This document shows positions 39,577 to 50,012 of a DNA stretch of 64,000 nt, piece by piece. Position 1 is the stretch's first letter. The number at the start of each line of letters is the position of its first letter. This stretch comes from an uncultured Acidimicrobiia bacterium. GTDB lineage: Bacteria; Acidobacteriota; Terriglobia; Versatilivoradales; Versatilivoraceae. Both the position numbers and the translations under genes were made by a program. The notes beneath the pieces are model-generated. The model was given only the letters and a program-made list of their open reading frames with translations, had not been told where the DNA came from and made no database searches. Location of the stretch: positions 274,571 to 338,570 of the forward strand of contig CAVVYL010000065.1 in the NCBI GenBank assembly GCA_963752385.1, read 5' to 3'.

Positions 39577-41668
39577 TTAGAACCATGGGAAAACCTCCCG
39601 CAGGTCACTCGTACCGTACTGGATCTTCTCCCAGAGCAGCAGAACGATGAGGGTCAGGAAGATGTAAACCAGGTAGGTGGTGAGGCTCCCGGTTTGAATC
39701 AGGCGTACGCGCCTGGAAAACCGAAGGATGGCGCGATTGACCGGACGATAAATCAACTGCTCAAATGTCGGCTCAATATGGCTCTCAAAGCGAATCGACT
39801 TGGTGAAGTAGCGCGACACGGCGAAGTCGGCCTGAATTCGACGTCGCGGCCGGTAAATCGCCTGAAAGATCATGCGCAAGGGCTTGGAATAAGCCGTCGC
39901 CGTGTACTCCATCTGCGGCGTCAGACGGTCCAGCCCGCAGTCCCAGGTTTCATCCACGCGATGCCGGCCACGCCGCGAGAAACCAGCCACAAGGCCAGAG
40001 GCAAAGGCAGCAGCGCCAAGAAACAGCGCCGCCATCCCTGGTGTCGAAATCGCCCCCCGCTCGACCGCTAGAGATGTCACCATCCAGCCATTCCCAGCGA
40101 TCAGTTGCGGGCTAATCTCTTGCTCCAGTAACTCCTGTGTAACTGGATCCAAAAGAGGAAGGAACGCCATGGGAAACACGCCGAGTACCACGCAAGCCAG
40201 TCCGAGAGTCGCCATACCGAAAAGCATCGAGCGCGGCGCCTCGTGCGCTTTTTCTGCCTGCGGGCTTCGTGGCAGAGCAAGAAAAGTGATCCCCACTGCC
40301 TTGACGAAACAGGCCGCGGCCAAAGCGCCTGTCAGAGCCAACAGGGCACCGCCAATCGGGAAGATCAGCCGCACGGCGATCTGGGTGGCGCCAAAGCCCT
40401 GCAGAAGCGCCTGGTAGGTCAACCACTCGCTGACGAAGCCGTTTAAGGGAGGAAGACCCGAGATAGCCACAGCCCCCAAAAGGAAGAAAAACGCTGTCCA
40501 GGGAAGACGGCGAATCAACCCGCCCAGCTCTTCCATGTTTCGAGTCCCAGTGGCGTGGAGCACTGCCCCGGCGCCCAAGAACAGCAGGCCTTTGAAGCAG
40601 GCATGATTCAACGTGTGGTAGAGGCCCGCTACCAGCGCCAGCGCGGCGAGGGCCGGCTGATGGAATGAAATGAAGAGTAACGAGGCGCCTAAGCCCATCA
40701 GGATGATCCCGATATTCTCGATGCTGTGAAACGCCAGCAAGCGCTTGAGATCGTGCTCCACCAGGGCATAGAGCACGCCCAGCAGAGCGGATATCGATCC
40801 GGCAGCGAGAATCAGAAGACCCCAGAAGACGGGAGGCGGAGTCAAGAAGTCAAAGAAAACCCGAACCATCCCATAGATCCCAGTTTTGATGAGCACGCCA
40901 GACATGAAGGCGGAAACATTGGTGGGAGCCACCGGATGCGCCGCTGGCAGCCAGATATGCAACGGGATGACTCCAGCCTTGATGCCGAATCCCACGAAGA
41001 AGAGAAAGAAGGCCGCCGTGCGTCGCGAGAGCGAAAGCTGGGCTCCGATGTTGTGAAGATCTTCAAAGCGGAAACTGCCGTTGACCTGAAAGAGCAGCAG
41101 AAAGCCCAAGATCAAACAGCCAACGCCAATGTGCGACATGACGAAATACAACATCGCCGGCTCGCCGTGCTTCCGGGTGTTCATGCTCAAAAACTACCAG
41201 CACAAAAGCAAAGAGGGCCATCAACTCCCAGGCAATGAGAAGGAAGACCGCATTATCAGCACAGAAGATAAGCGTCGTGGCGAGCAGCAGAAGATTGAAG
41301 AAGCCCGCCAGACTGCCCACATTCTTGACACCGTAGTACTGGGTAACGTAACCGTAGGAATAAATGGATATGGCCAGCCCCAGCAGCGAAACCACCAGAG
41401 TGAAGAACGCCGCCAAGGGATCGAGCTGAATTGAAAAGCGGACCAGCGGCGTCGCAGCTGGCAAGAGTGTGAAGGCCGGCGAAGTCCCCTGACTGAGGCC
41501 AGTGAAGGATGCCCAACAGCCGGCCAGCCCTCCGATCCACGCCCCGAAAAAGCCAGCCAGGCTGGCCATCCTGGGAAAGCGAGTCAGAGCAAAGGAGGCC
41601 ACGGCGCCGACAGCGTATGCCCACAAGGAGATTGGAAGCAGGTGAACCGCGAATTGCTCCAGTCCCAT
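39577..41668 (-). CDS. HyfB/NuoL-like antiporter subunit, paralog 2 (one frame change near 41150-41190)
   Basis: N-terminal ORF 41063-41668 (MGLEQFAVHLLPISLWAYAVG...) and the 537-aa ORF 39577-41190 (FGIKAGVIPLHIWLPAAHPVAPTNVSAFMSGVLIKTGIYG...). Together they are about 697 aa. Confidence 0.75.
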
Positions 41669-41686
41669 CAGCTTTGAGGTCTCCTT

Positions 41687-41998
41687 TTAACTTGATCGCC
41701 TTCGCGTGGAGAACTGCGAAATTAGATACTGCAGTTTTCCCTCGCGGAATTCCGTCATGGTGATCTTGATCACCTGCGAGAGGGGCTTTCCTGGGTAACG
41801 AGTTGCTAACTGTAAGGTGCGCTGGGAAAGAACACGGCACAAGACAAACGGATTGACTTTGAAGTGAATACTCCCCCTTGGCAGAACGACTCGAACCGGT
41901 GAGGGTTCTCTCAATGTCTCCGGGTGTGGTGTCTCGTTGCGAGCGTTACCTTGGTCAACGTAGTCTTCAATACTTAGATTGATATGTGTATCTCCCAT
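41687..41998 (-). CDS. hypothetical small protein at head of complex operon
   Basis: 103-aa ORF directly upstream of paralog 2, with no recognisable motif. Confidence 0.25.
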   Translation of the reverse strand: MGDTHINLSIEDYVDQGNARNETPHPETLREPSPVRVVLPRGSIHFKVNPFVLCRVLSQRTLQLATRYPGKPLSQVIKITMTEFREGKLQYLISQFSTRRRSS

Positions 41999-42189
41999 TC
42001 AGCGGGGCATCCCTTCAGTCGACCCAGACACTTTGGCGCGCGCTTCCTCCAGGCTCAGTCCGTGGTTACGCATGTAATGCAGAACTCCCTTCAGCCGGTA
42101 GAACTCGCGCATTCCCAGGTTCTTAAACAGATGCTAATTCCCCAATTTCCAGTGAGCTAATATGCGAACATGCAAAGATATGCACATAG

Positions 42190-42225
42190 ATAAGTCAAAA
42201 AAATCCGGATCATTGAGATCCGGAA
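42190..42225 (-). terminator. intrinsic terminator downstream of arsR-like gene
   Basis: On the minus strand: GGTTCCGGATCtcaatGATCCGGAtttttttgac. It is a perfect 8-bp stem followed by a T7 run, 14 bp after the stop at 42239. Confidence 0.6.
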
Positions 42226-42238
42226 CCAGACGCCCAGC

Positions 42239-42592
42239 CTAGTGCCGCCCCGCCTTGGCAGGACGTTCCGAATTGATTGCTTCCAGCATGCCGCGTACCC
42301 CAATCAGATGGTTGTTAAAGATTTGCCGGGCCACGTCCAACAGCTTGAAGAGAGTGGGATCACTGACGGAATAGTAAACGTTGGCCCCCTCTTTACGCGC
42401 CACAATAATGTTCTTATTCCGCAACACGGCCAGCTGCTGGGAGGCATTCGGGGGCTCTACCGAGAACCTCTGGCTGATCTCATTCACGGTCAGTTCGCCT
42501 TCCCGCAAAGCATCCAAGATGGATATTCGGAGGGGGTGTGCCAGCGCTTTAAAGAACTCCGCCTTGAAGTTACTCAGCTGTTGCCTTGTCAT
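42239..42592 (-). CDS. ArsR/SmtB-family transcriptional regulator
   Basis: FKALAHPLRISILDALREGELTVNEISQRFSVEPPNASQQLAVLRNKNIIVARKEGANVYYSV is the ArsR winged HTH. An alternative start lies at 42610. Confidence 0.75.
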   Translation of the reverse strand: MTRQQLSNFKAEFFKALAHPLRISILDALREGELTVNEISQRFSVEPPNASQQLAVLRNKNIIVARKEGANVYYSVSDPTLFKLLDVARQIFNNHLIGVRGMLEAINSERPAKAGRH

Positions 42593-42884
42593 TTCTGCAG
42601 GCCTCCGCATCTGCGAACAGGTGCAAATTCTACACATTAATCGGCAGCAGATCAAGGCGGCATTAACTTGAGCTTCGAAACCGTCAAAAGGACTGAAAGA
42701 AACTGAGGTGAGTGAAACAGCCACTCGTGTGAATTCGCAATTTGGTTTGATGCCGCTCGGCATCCTCACATGACCCGGTTGTGGCACCAACTCAAAATTG
42801 ACCGTCTTCGCCTCGTTTGGATAGAATGGCCCGCGTGGCAGGCAAAAGCACTAGAGGCCATTCAGGCAAGACTTTGGGAGACCC

Positions 42885-44267
42885 ATGCCCCGAGAAAGCA
42901 TACTGATTGTTGATGACGAGAAGCTGATCCGCTGGTCGCTGAAGCAGAAACTGGAATCCTGGAACTACCAGGTCGTTGAAGCCGAAGACCTGCGGGCTGC
43001 TCGTGGCAAACTCCAGCAGGAGATCCTAGACCTGGTTACACTCGACATCAAACTGCCTGATGGAAGCGGAATTGATTTTCTGAAGCAGATCCGAGAATCA
43101 CATCCCGGAATACCCGTCATCATGATTACCGCCTTTGGCGTTGTGGACGTAGCGGTTCAGGCGCTGAAGCTGGGTGCTTACGACTTCATCGAGAAGCCGA
43201 TTAATTTAGAGAAACTGCAAAACGTGATCCGCAATGCATTGGAAACCAACCGGCTGAAGACTCAAGTTGCCCAGACTTCGAAAACCAACCGGACGCGGTT
43301 TGCTTTGGACAACATTGTTGGCAAGTCCAAAGCGATCCGTGAGGTTTTGGACATGATTCGACGCTTGGCTCAGGCAAGTGCATCCACACTGCTGGTGGAG
43401 GGAGAGAGTGGCACGGGCAAAGATTTGGTAAGCCAGGCTCTCCACTATGAAAGCGCGCGCCGCGACCATCCGTTCTTTGCTCTCAACTGTGCAGCGATTC
43501 CAGAAACTCTGATCGAAACCGAGCTGTTCGGCTACGAAAAGGGTGCGTTTACCGATGCCAAGACCACGAAGAAGGGAGTCTTCGAGATGGCCGACGGCGG
43601 GACAGTGTTTCTCGACGAGATCAGTGAGATGCATCTCAACATGCAGTCGAAGTTCCTGCGGGTGCTGGAGGACCAGACGTTTCGGCGGGTGGGCGGCGTT
43701 CGGGACATTTCCGTCGACGTGCAGGTGGTGGCGTCTACGAACCGTAACTTGGAGCAGGCGGTCCAGGAAGGGAAGTTTCGAGAAGATCTATTCTATCGTC
43801 TATCGGTGGTCCCGATCAATATTCCACCGCTGCGCGAGCGCAAGGAGGACATTCCGCTTTTGATCGAACACTTCATTCAGCACTACAACACCCAGTTCCG
43901 CAAGAAGGTCAAAGGCGTCACTCCCGAGGGACTCAAGTTGCTGACGAACTACCTCTGGCCCGGAAACATTCGGGAATTGAGGAACGCCATCGAGCGAGCC
44001 ATGATCTTGGTGGATCGAGACACGATTGATGTCGATCAACTCCCCATCCGGATTGCCGGTCCGGCAGCTGTCGGCCCTATGCCGCGAGGGAGTGAGAATC
44101 ATCAATTGAAGTTGCCACCTGAAGGTGCTGCATTGGATGACATCGAGAGAGAGCTGATTCAGCAGGCTCTTCACTACGCCAACGGCAACAAGACCCAGGC
44201 CTCCAAACTCCTCAAGATCAGCCGGGACACACTGCGATACAAAGTGAAAAGGCATAACCTGGAGTAA
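42885..44267 (+). CDS. sigma-54-dependent Fis-family response regulator (NtrC-like)
   Basis: Receiver (ILIVDDEKLIRWSL...LDIKLPDG), AAA+ domain (GESGTGKDLVSQALH) and a C-terminal HTH. It is paralogous to 1318-2682. Confidence 0.9.
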   Translation: MPRESILIVDDEKLIRWSLKQKLESWNYQVVEAEDLRAARGKLQQEILDLVTLDIKLPDGSGIDFLKQIRESHPGIPVIMITAFGVVDVAVQALKLGAYDFIEKPINLEKLQNVIRNALETNRLKTQVAQTSKTNRTRFALDNIVGKSKAIREVLDMIRRLAQASASTLLVEGESGTGKDLVSQALHYESARRDHPFFALNCAAIPETLIETELFGYEKGAFTDAKTTKKGVFEMADGGTVFLDEISEMHLNMQSKFLRVLEDQTFRRVGGVRDISVDVQVVASTNRNLEQAVQEGKFREDLFYRLSVVPINIPPLRERKEDIPLLIEHFIQHYNTQFRKKVKGVTPEGLKLLTNYLWPGNIRELRNAIERAMILVDRDTIDVDQLPIRIAGPAAVGPMPRGSENHQLKLPPEGAALDDIERELIQQALHYANGNKTQASKLLKISRDTLRYKVKRHNLE

Positions 44268-44295
44268 GTCTTAAGCGGGCAGCCGTTGCTCGCTT

Positions 44296-45576
44296 GTGAT
44301 TGCTGTTTTTCGGCCGTCCTGGTTGGAAGCAAGCCGGGAGGACAACCTTATCGCCACCAGCAAACCCCCTGTCGAAAGAAGACGCTCCCGGCTGCGCGAC
44401 GAGCAACTGGCGCGCGCCAAAGCAGAAGCTGCGGAGGTGAAGTTTCGCGCGCTGCTGGAGTCTGCTCCTGACGGGGTTGTGATCGTGAATACCGAGGGCC
44501 AGATTCTTCTGATCAATCATCAGGCGGAACAGTTGCTCGGCTATCGGCGCGAGGAGCTTTTGGGACAGCTAGTCGAGATATTGCTTCCGGAGCGCTTTCG
44601 GCAGCGGCATATCGAGCACCGCGCTCGCTATTTTGCGGCTCCGGTGACGCGACCGATGGGGGCCAACTACGAACTTTGGGCGCGGCGTAAAGACGGCAGC
44701 GAGTTCCCGGTCGAAATCAGTCTCAGTCCGCTACAGGCGGAAGACGGGCTCCTGATTATCAGTGCGATCCGCGATGTGACAGACCGGCACAGGGCGGCAG
44801 AGGCCTTGCGCAAAGCACACGATGAGCTGGAACTGAGAGTCCAGGAGAGGACCGCAGAACTTGTCGAAGCAAATGCGGAAAAGGAGCAAGTCCTGGAGCA
44901 GTTGCTGAAGGCGGAGAAGCTGGCAGAAATTGGGCAGTTGGCAGCGGGAGTGGCTCATGAGATTCGCAATCCGTTAGCAGGAATTCGGGGCGCCATCGAG
45001 GTGTTGCGCGAAAACAAGATGGATAGTGAGCTTCAGCGCCCTATTATGGATGAAATCCTGGAGCGTGTGGACCGCCTCAACGCTGCGGTGCACGACCTTC
45101 TCGAATACGCCAAGCCGATGTCTCCTCACAAGACAAGGGTTCATCTCACCGACATCCTCGAGAGCACGCTGTCCACCCTTGTGCATGATCCCCGTCTACA
45201 GGGAGTCGAAATCGTAAGAGATTATCGCCAGTCGGTCGACGTGGATACCGACCCGGCCATCGCCGAGAGAGTCTTCATCAATATCATTCTGAATGCGGCC
45301 CAGGCCATGAACTGCTCTGGGAAATTGCACGTCACGATCGAGCGTAGCGCCGCGGCGGGAGTGGTCTCGTTTCAAGATACTGGACCCGGTATCGAGCCGA
45401 CTGTCATGGGGAAGATCTTTAACCCTTTCTTCACGACACGCTCCGAAGGCTCAGGATTGGGATTGGCCCTGTGCCAGAAGTATATCGAGATTCTCGGCGG
45501 TAAGATCGAAGTCACGACGCGGTTGGGTGCCGGAACCACGTTTGTGATATCGCTGCCAAGAGCAATCAACCTATGA
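44296..45576 (+). CDS. PAS-domain sensor histidine kinase (cytoplasmic)
   Basis: PAS domain ([31 protein letters not shown]), H-box [24 protein letters not shown], and HATPase ([10 protein letters not shown]...GSGLGLAL...[11 protein letters not shown]). No TM segment. Confidence 0.85.
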   Translation: MIAVFRPSWLEASREDNLIATSKPPVERRRSRLRDEQLARAKAEAAEVKFRALLESAPDGVVIVNTEGQILLINHQAEQLLGYRREELLGQLVEILLPERFRQRHIEHRARYFAAPVTRPMGANYELWARRKDGSEFPVEISLSPLQAEDGLLIISAIRDVTDRHRAAEALRKAHDELELRVQERTAELVEANAEKEQVLEQLLKAEKLAEIGQLAAGVAHEIRNPLAGIRGAIEVLRENKMDSELQRPIMDEILERVDRLNAAVHDLLEYAKPMSPHKTRVHLTDILESTLSTLVHDPRLQGVEIVRDYRQSVDVDTDPAIAERVFINIILNAAQAMNCSGKLHVTIERSAAAGVVSFQDTGPGIEPTVMGKIFNPFFTTRSEGSGLGLALCQKYIEILGGKIEVTTRLGAGTTFVISLPRAINL

Positions 45577-45797
45577 ACCTGCGCCATAACCACTGCTTTG
45601 GGTGAAACCACCCATCCGTTGAACCAGAGCACACAGATTCAAGATTCAGGGCGCAGCAAGGTTAACATGCTGAAAATGGATGATGGAAAACCCGCGGCCT
45701 GACGGGCTCGCGACTTTGGAAGTCAGGCTGCTTTTAAGCCGCTGTGACTGCGTGAAGTCGAGTTTGAGTAGAGGCGCGCAGTCCAGAACAAACTTCT

Positions 45798-46241
45798 ATG
45801 TTAAGGCGCATTAATTCCGTCTTCTTATTCGTCGTTCTGGCAGGCGGCACCGCTGCAACCGCTAGCACTCTTTGCGCTCGTTCTGCAGGAGAGAACGCCG
45901 CCGGTTCGCCTCAGGACCGTTGCAAGATGGCTGGAACGAAGGCGGCCACTCTGATGAGTTGCGGCGAGCGAGCGCCTGTCCCGCATTCTGAACAAACGAG
46001 CAAGAAAGCCTCGGGCTGCTGCCAAATGTCAGCACCGGTGCCTGATCAGCCGCGTTCTGCTCTTCCCGACAACTCTTTCGGAGAGTTCAGGCAAGAAACT
46101 CGGGCTCAACTGTTGGATTCATCAGAGCCGGTTTCCCCATCAGCTCTGGGAGCTTTGCGTCATCGATGGGCGTTTTTGACGATCACCTTCTGGCCGGATC
46201 GTTCTGATATCTATCTCCTCGGGTCTACCTTCCGTATTTAA
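45798..46241 (+). CDS. hypothetical secreted protein
   Basis: Signal-peptide-like N-terminus MLRRINSVFLFVVLAGGTAATAS. Cys-containing, with no recognisable domain. Confidence 0.35.
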   Translation: MLRRINSVFLFVVLAGGTAATASTLCARSAGENAAGSPQDRCKMAGTKAATLMSCGERAPVPHSEQTSKKASGCCQMSAPVPDQPRSALPDNSFGEFRQETRAQLLDSSEPVSPSALGALRHRWAFLTITFWPDRSDIYLLGSTFRI

Positions 46242-46404
46242 GTCTGCCCAAAGATTCTTTGCAGTTACCCAGGACCGCTCGAAGTGCGGCTCTCTGAGGG
46301 CATTCCCCATTTACGAGTTTTCTCGTGTCCTCGGGAGCGCCACGGGGCCAAACGACTGAAGTGTTTTTAGCTCAATCAAGTCGTGAACTGAAAGGAGACA
46401 GCAA

Positions 46405-46809
46405 ATGTACCCCTTCCGAAAAATGAACAAATCATTGGTCCGTCTTGCCATCGTCGCTGTGATGGGACTGGTTGTTGCCCTCGCCAGCCCATTCACCGGG
46501 GAGGCAAAGGAAAAGACCTCCAAGCGTGCCCTGAAGGAAATGGTCGCCGGGGCCAAGACAGCCGCAGATCACAAGGCTATTGCAGATTACTACTACGCAG
46601 AAGCCGCCAAGGCGCGTGCCAAAGCCGTCGAGCATGACCAGATGGCGAGTTGGTATCGAACGGCAGGTGAGGTCGGAACGAAGAAGATTCCTTATGCGGC
46701 CGGATCTATCGACCATTGCGAGCGGCTCGTGAAGAACTACCAGTCCACAGCGGACAACCTGACGGCCTTAGCAAAAGAGCATGAAGCCATGGCAGCCAAG
46801 AGCAAGTAG
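46405..46809 (+). CDS. hypothetical secreted protein
   Basis: Signal peptide MNKSLVRLAIVAVMGLVVALASP. It is Ala/Lys-rich and followed by the hairpin CCCGGGGGActtagTCCCTCGGG at 46819-46841. Confidence 0.4.
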   Translation: MYPFRKMNKSLVRLAIVAVMGLVVALASPFTGEAKEKTSKRALKEMVAGAKTAADHKAIADYYYAEAAKARAKAVEHDQMASWYRTAGEVGTKKIPYAAGSIDHCERLVKNYQSTADNLTALAKEHEAMAAKSK

Positions 46810-46899
46810 CTGTGATCAATCCCGGGGGACTTAGTCCCTCGGGATTTCACTGAGCCTGATGAAATTCTCAGATTCGACAATAGGACGGATGTCACTCCT

Positions 46900-47222
46900 A
46901 TGAAGCGATTCATTGCCTGGTTGCTGTCTCTACGAACTGGCTGAGTCTCGCACCAGCTGATGCCCAGGCCAATGCCGACTTTCAATAGCAGGGCGTCGTA
47001 ACCCTCAACTCGCTTGTCAGGGAGTTACTTGCCAAGAATCCGGAGTTATGGGCCGTGAGAAGCGCTACGAAGCGGCTCTGACTCGGCCTCACCAAGACAG
47101 CGCTTTCCAGACCCACGCGCTTCACCCAACGTGTCGTGACGAATGCTGAGAGTATGGGTGAACTTCCGGGGGGGCGCGGCCCTTCACCCAGCGACGCGAT
47201 GAGAGCTCATTCCTTTAGGTAA
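46900..47222 (+). pseudogene. TolC-family outer-membrane efflux protein N-terminal remnant
   Basis: MKRFIAWLLSLRTG* then, in other frames, LSLAPADAQANADFQ* and QGVVTLNSLVRELLAKNPELWAVRSATKRL* (the lTLeeAv..AL.nNPeL TolC signature). It is broken by stops and frameshifts. Confidence 0.5.
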
Positions 47223-47555
47223 GATGTGTCTTGTGAAAGGCACATTCTAGTTCCTAGTCGCGCTTTGAGGTAGAAGACATCACTGTTTTCCCGGCTCAAG
47301 CCGGAACACAAAGAAAGCCGGTCTCCCTCTCAGTTAGGATGAAGTGGCTTGCCTGCGTTGCTCGGACCGTCAGGCCAGTGAAATGCCAAAGGCTCAACGG
47401 GATGCCTTCTCGAATCGCCGCTCCACCGATACCTGGAGTGGAAATGACTCAGATTTCGTGACACAGTCATCGAGTGCGAGGAAGCCAACAGGGGCGGCTC
47501 CGATGGGCGATTCGTTCGCCCAACAGCTTTCGGAGCTTAAGATGGAGGCTCTGGC

Positions 47556-48443
47556 TCACCGTTTGGCAGGCGGCACCTCTCCGCGTAGCCGATAGTAGCT
47601 TTCGTCAGCACGCGGGCCCACATTCGCCTCGCATGGCTGGCACTCCCTTCCTTCGGCCTTCAGAAGGGTTTTGTAGACCTCAGATGGAGTGTACTCGCTA
47701 TAATCCTCAGGTACGGTGAAGTACTCCGGTGGCGGATCTCCTGGGTTGATTTGCTCTATTTCGATGGCGGTAGCACCAGTACTGACTCCCGGTGTATTCA
47801 CCTTGAGAGTCCGCTTCAGTGCAACACAACCTAATTCCGGGGCCCGCCATTCCTCCTCAAGGACGGAGTCACCGCCTTCCATGCCCTCGTATACATAATG
47901 CTCGGCTGAATAGCCCAACAGGAAGGAGTCCGTTTGCTCACTCCTCTTGAATCTGGCCTCGCCTGCACAATTTTGCCGAGGCGAGTGACTTCCACGTATG
48001 TTTTTTGCGTCCGCATCGCTGATCGGTACCGTGACGGTACCCTTCAAAAAAGGAAACACGCTGACGCGACGTTGCGAAACCAAGTCAACGATCTCGCGGG
48101 TTTCAAACACCCCTCCAGGAACGGTTTCTGGCTGGCCCGCCCATTCGGTTCGGCGTATCTTCGCTATTGATCCGTTTCCCCGGACAGCAAGGACTTGAGT
48201 GGCCAGCCTCGCCTGGCCGCCACCTTCCAGGCGTTCACTGAAAACGAGTGTGTATGGTGATATTTCTGAAACCTCTGCGTAAACCCCGGCTAACTTTGGC
48301 ACGAATTTTACCGCCAAAACCCCCAAAAGGAGTGCGGCGAGACTCAACGCACCGATGCTTAGTAAGCCTAGGTTTCCAACACATTTGATAACAGGCATAA
48401 TGTGTATTGGTTCACCGGAAATGAGACTTTTTGAGGGGTTCAA
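47556..48443 (-). CDS. hypothetical membrane-anchored protein
   Basis: 295 aa with the N-terminal TM segment LGLLSIGALSLAALLLGVLAV and no recognised domain. Confidence 0.4.
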   Translation of the reverse strand: MNPSKSLISGEPIHIMPVIKCVGNLGLLSIGALSLAALLLGVLAVKFVPKLAGVYAEVSEISPYTLVFSERLEGGGQARLATQVLAVRGNGSIAKIRRTEWAGQPETVPGGVFETREIVDLVSQRRVSVFPFLKGTVTVPISDADAKNIRGSHSPRQNCAGEARFKRSEQTDSFLLGYSAEHYVYEGMEGGDSVLEEEWRAPELGCVALKRTLKVNTPGVSTGATAIEIEQINPGDPPPEYFTVPEDYSEYTPSEVYKTLLKAEGRECQPCEANVGPRADESYYRLRGEVPPAKR

Positions 48444-48498
48444 GAAGTAGCGGATCTGAAGACTTTGGTTGTCGTAAACTCAATTTCCAGAGAGAAAG

Positions 48499-50012
48499 TC
48501 ATCGAATTGCTGGTGCCGGCATCGCTGTCAGTATCTCGCGTCCGATTGTTGCGACTTGAAGGTCAATCTTCTTTGCCAAACTCTGGACCTCTTTCAAATA
48601 GGCGGGATCGTCCTCGCTGCCATTCTCGTGACCAACAAGAGCCGCCACGAAATACTCCCCAGGAACGATTCCGTTTAGCGAAAACCGACCTTCATGATCT
48701 GTTTGTCCCGTAATAATGAATCGCGAGTTCGGTACCCAATTCTTGCGAGCGATGGAGTAAACAAGGACAGTCGCACCTTTCACCATCTCATTATTTTCCT
48801 CAGTTTTCACCGCCCCCGTCAGCTGCGCTGCTGGCGAAGAGATCACTATCTCAGTGCCGGTCATTTCCAACTTCAACGGTCGCACTTGCCACTTGTGCTC
48901 TGCCTTCTTTGAACACTCCAGCTATGATCCGGTAGGAGCCCGGAAACAGGTTAATGAGTTTGAAATCTCCGTTCAAATCAGGACGGTAGACAGTTGAAGG
49001 ACCAATGTGGCCTGCAGTGGATCTGACAGGGCAAACTAATGCGTTAAACGCTGGCTTGCCCTCCGGTGCTACGACCCTACCACTGACTGAATAACCCATT
49101 GACTCGACCAAGGTTATGTCCATCCCCCTGTTACACTGGACGCGCCCACCTCAATCTTCGTCGAGTCCTGGAAATCGAGAACTCCTGGATAAAACGTTGA
49201 AGGATAGGAAGATTGTGTAGCCGAGCCAGGAATTCTGAAGGAGAGATAGGTAGCGCTCAGGTAGTAAGTCCCTGGGAGCACATCGAAGAGACGGAACTGT
49301 CCAAGGTCGTCTGTCCTAGCAACCGCCGTTGGCTCAAGTTTCCCACTCGCGTAACGACTCAGTCCTACATTGACGTTGCATAATGGTCCCCCGTGGTCAA
49401 ACACACGACCTCCACGACGCCACCACGCACAAGCTGGATGTCAATCCTGTCAATTGTCTCACCAGGTCGCACTACGACGGGACTCCCGGTGGGAAGTTTC
49501 GCTGAATCGGAGGCTACATTGAGGGGATCTTTTTGGCCGTATAGCTGGACCAGATAACCGTTTCGGTATGCCATCACAGAGTATTTGCCCGGCACGACCT
49601 GCCTAAACTCGTACTCTCCAGCGTCATTTGTCTTTGTGGACAGCGGCTCGATCTCGAGTCGCGATTCCAACGGCCTCAAGGCAACGGTAGTCTTGTTCAA
49701 GACTGCACCGGAAACTGCATCTACTATCTTTCCCTTGAGAGTTCCATGTTTTTTCTGGCCCGTAACAGTCTCTTCCAGTGCCTGCGCTAAATTCTGAGAT
49801 TGAGCGAGACCAGGGCTACGGCCAATGGAGCTACAGATGAACAGCAGAACGCTTGACCAGGTTAGCTTGATGACGGAAATCCTGTGATTAGAGATACGAG
49901 ATCGCATGGCTAGATTCCGGAACCGCCTGGAACCAGGTAATGCCCTCGTTAGACTCTCTTGCACGGCGTGCAACACTTTTGGAATACTACCATCCAAAGG
50001 CAAGTTCCACAA
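48499..50012 (-). CDS. carboxypeptidase regulatory-like domain protein (about four tandem CarboxypepD_reg domains; split by three frame changes)
   Basis: It spans four consecutive minus ORFs (49365-50012, 49114-49404, 48851-49123, 48499-48885). Each carries G.V.D...G..L....V.L....TD..G.F.F..L.PG.Y-type motifs, for example GKIVDAVSGAVLNKTTVAL...TNDAGEYEFRQVVPGKY. Confidence 0.6.

Noticed and set aside
41687-41998. Assigning the first small ORF of the complex operon as an Mrp/Mbh small subunit
   Set aside because: No TM helices or conserved motifs. It is retained only as a low-confidence hypothetical.
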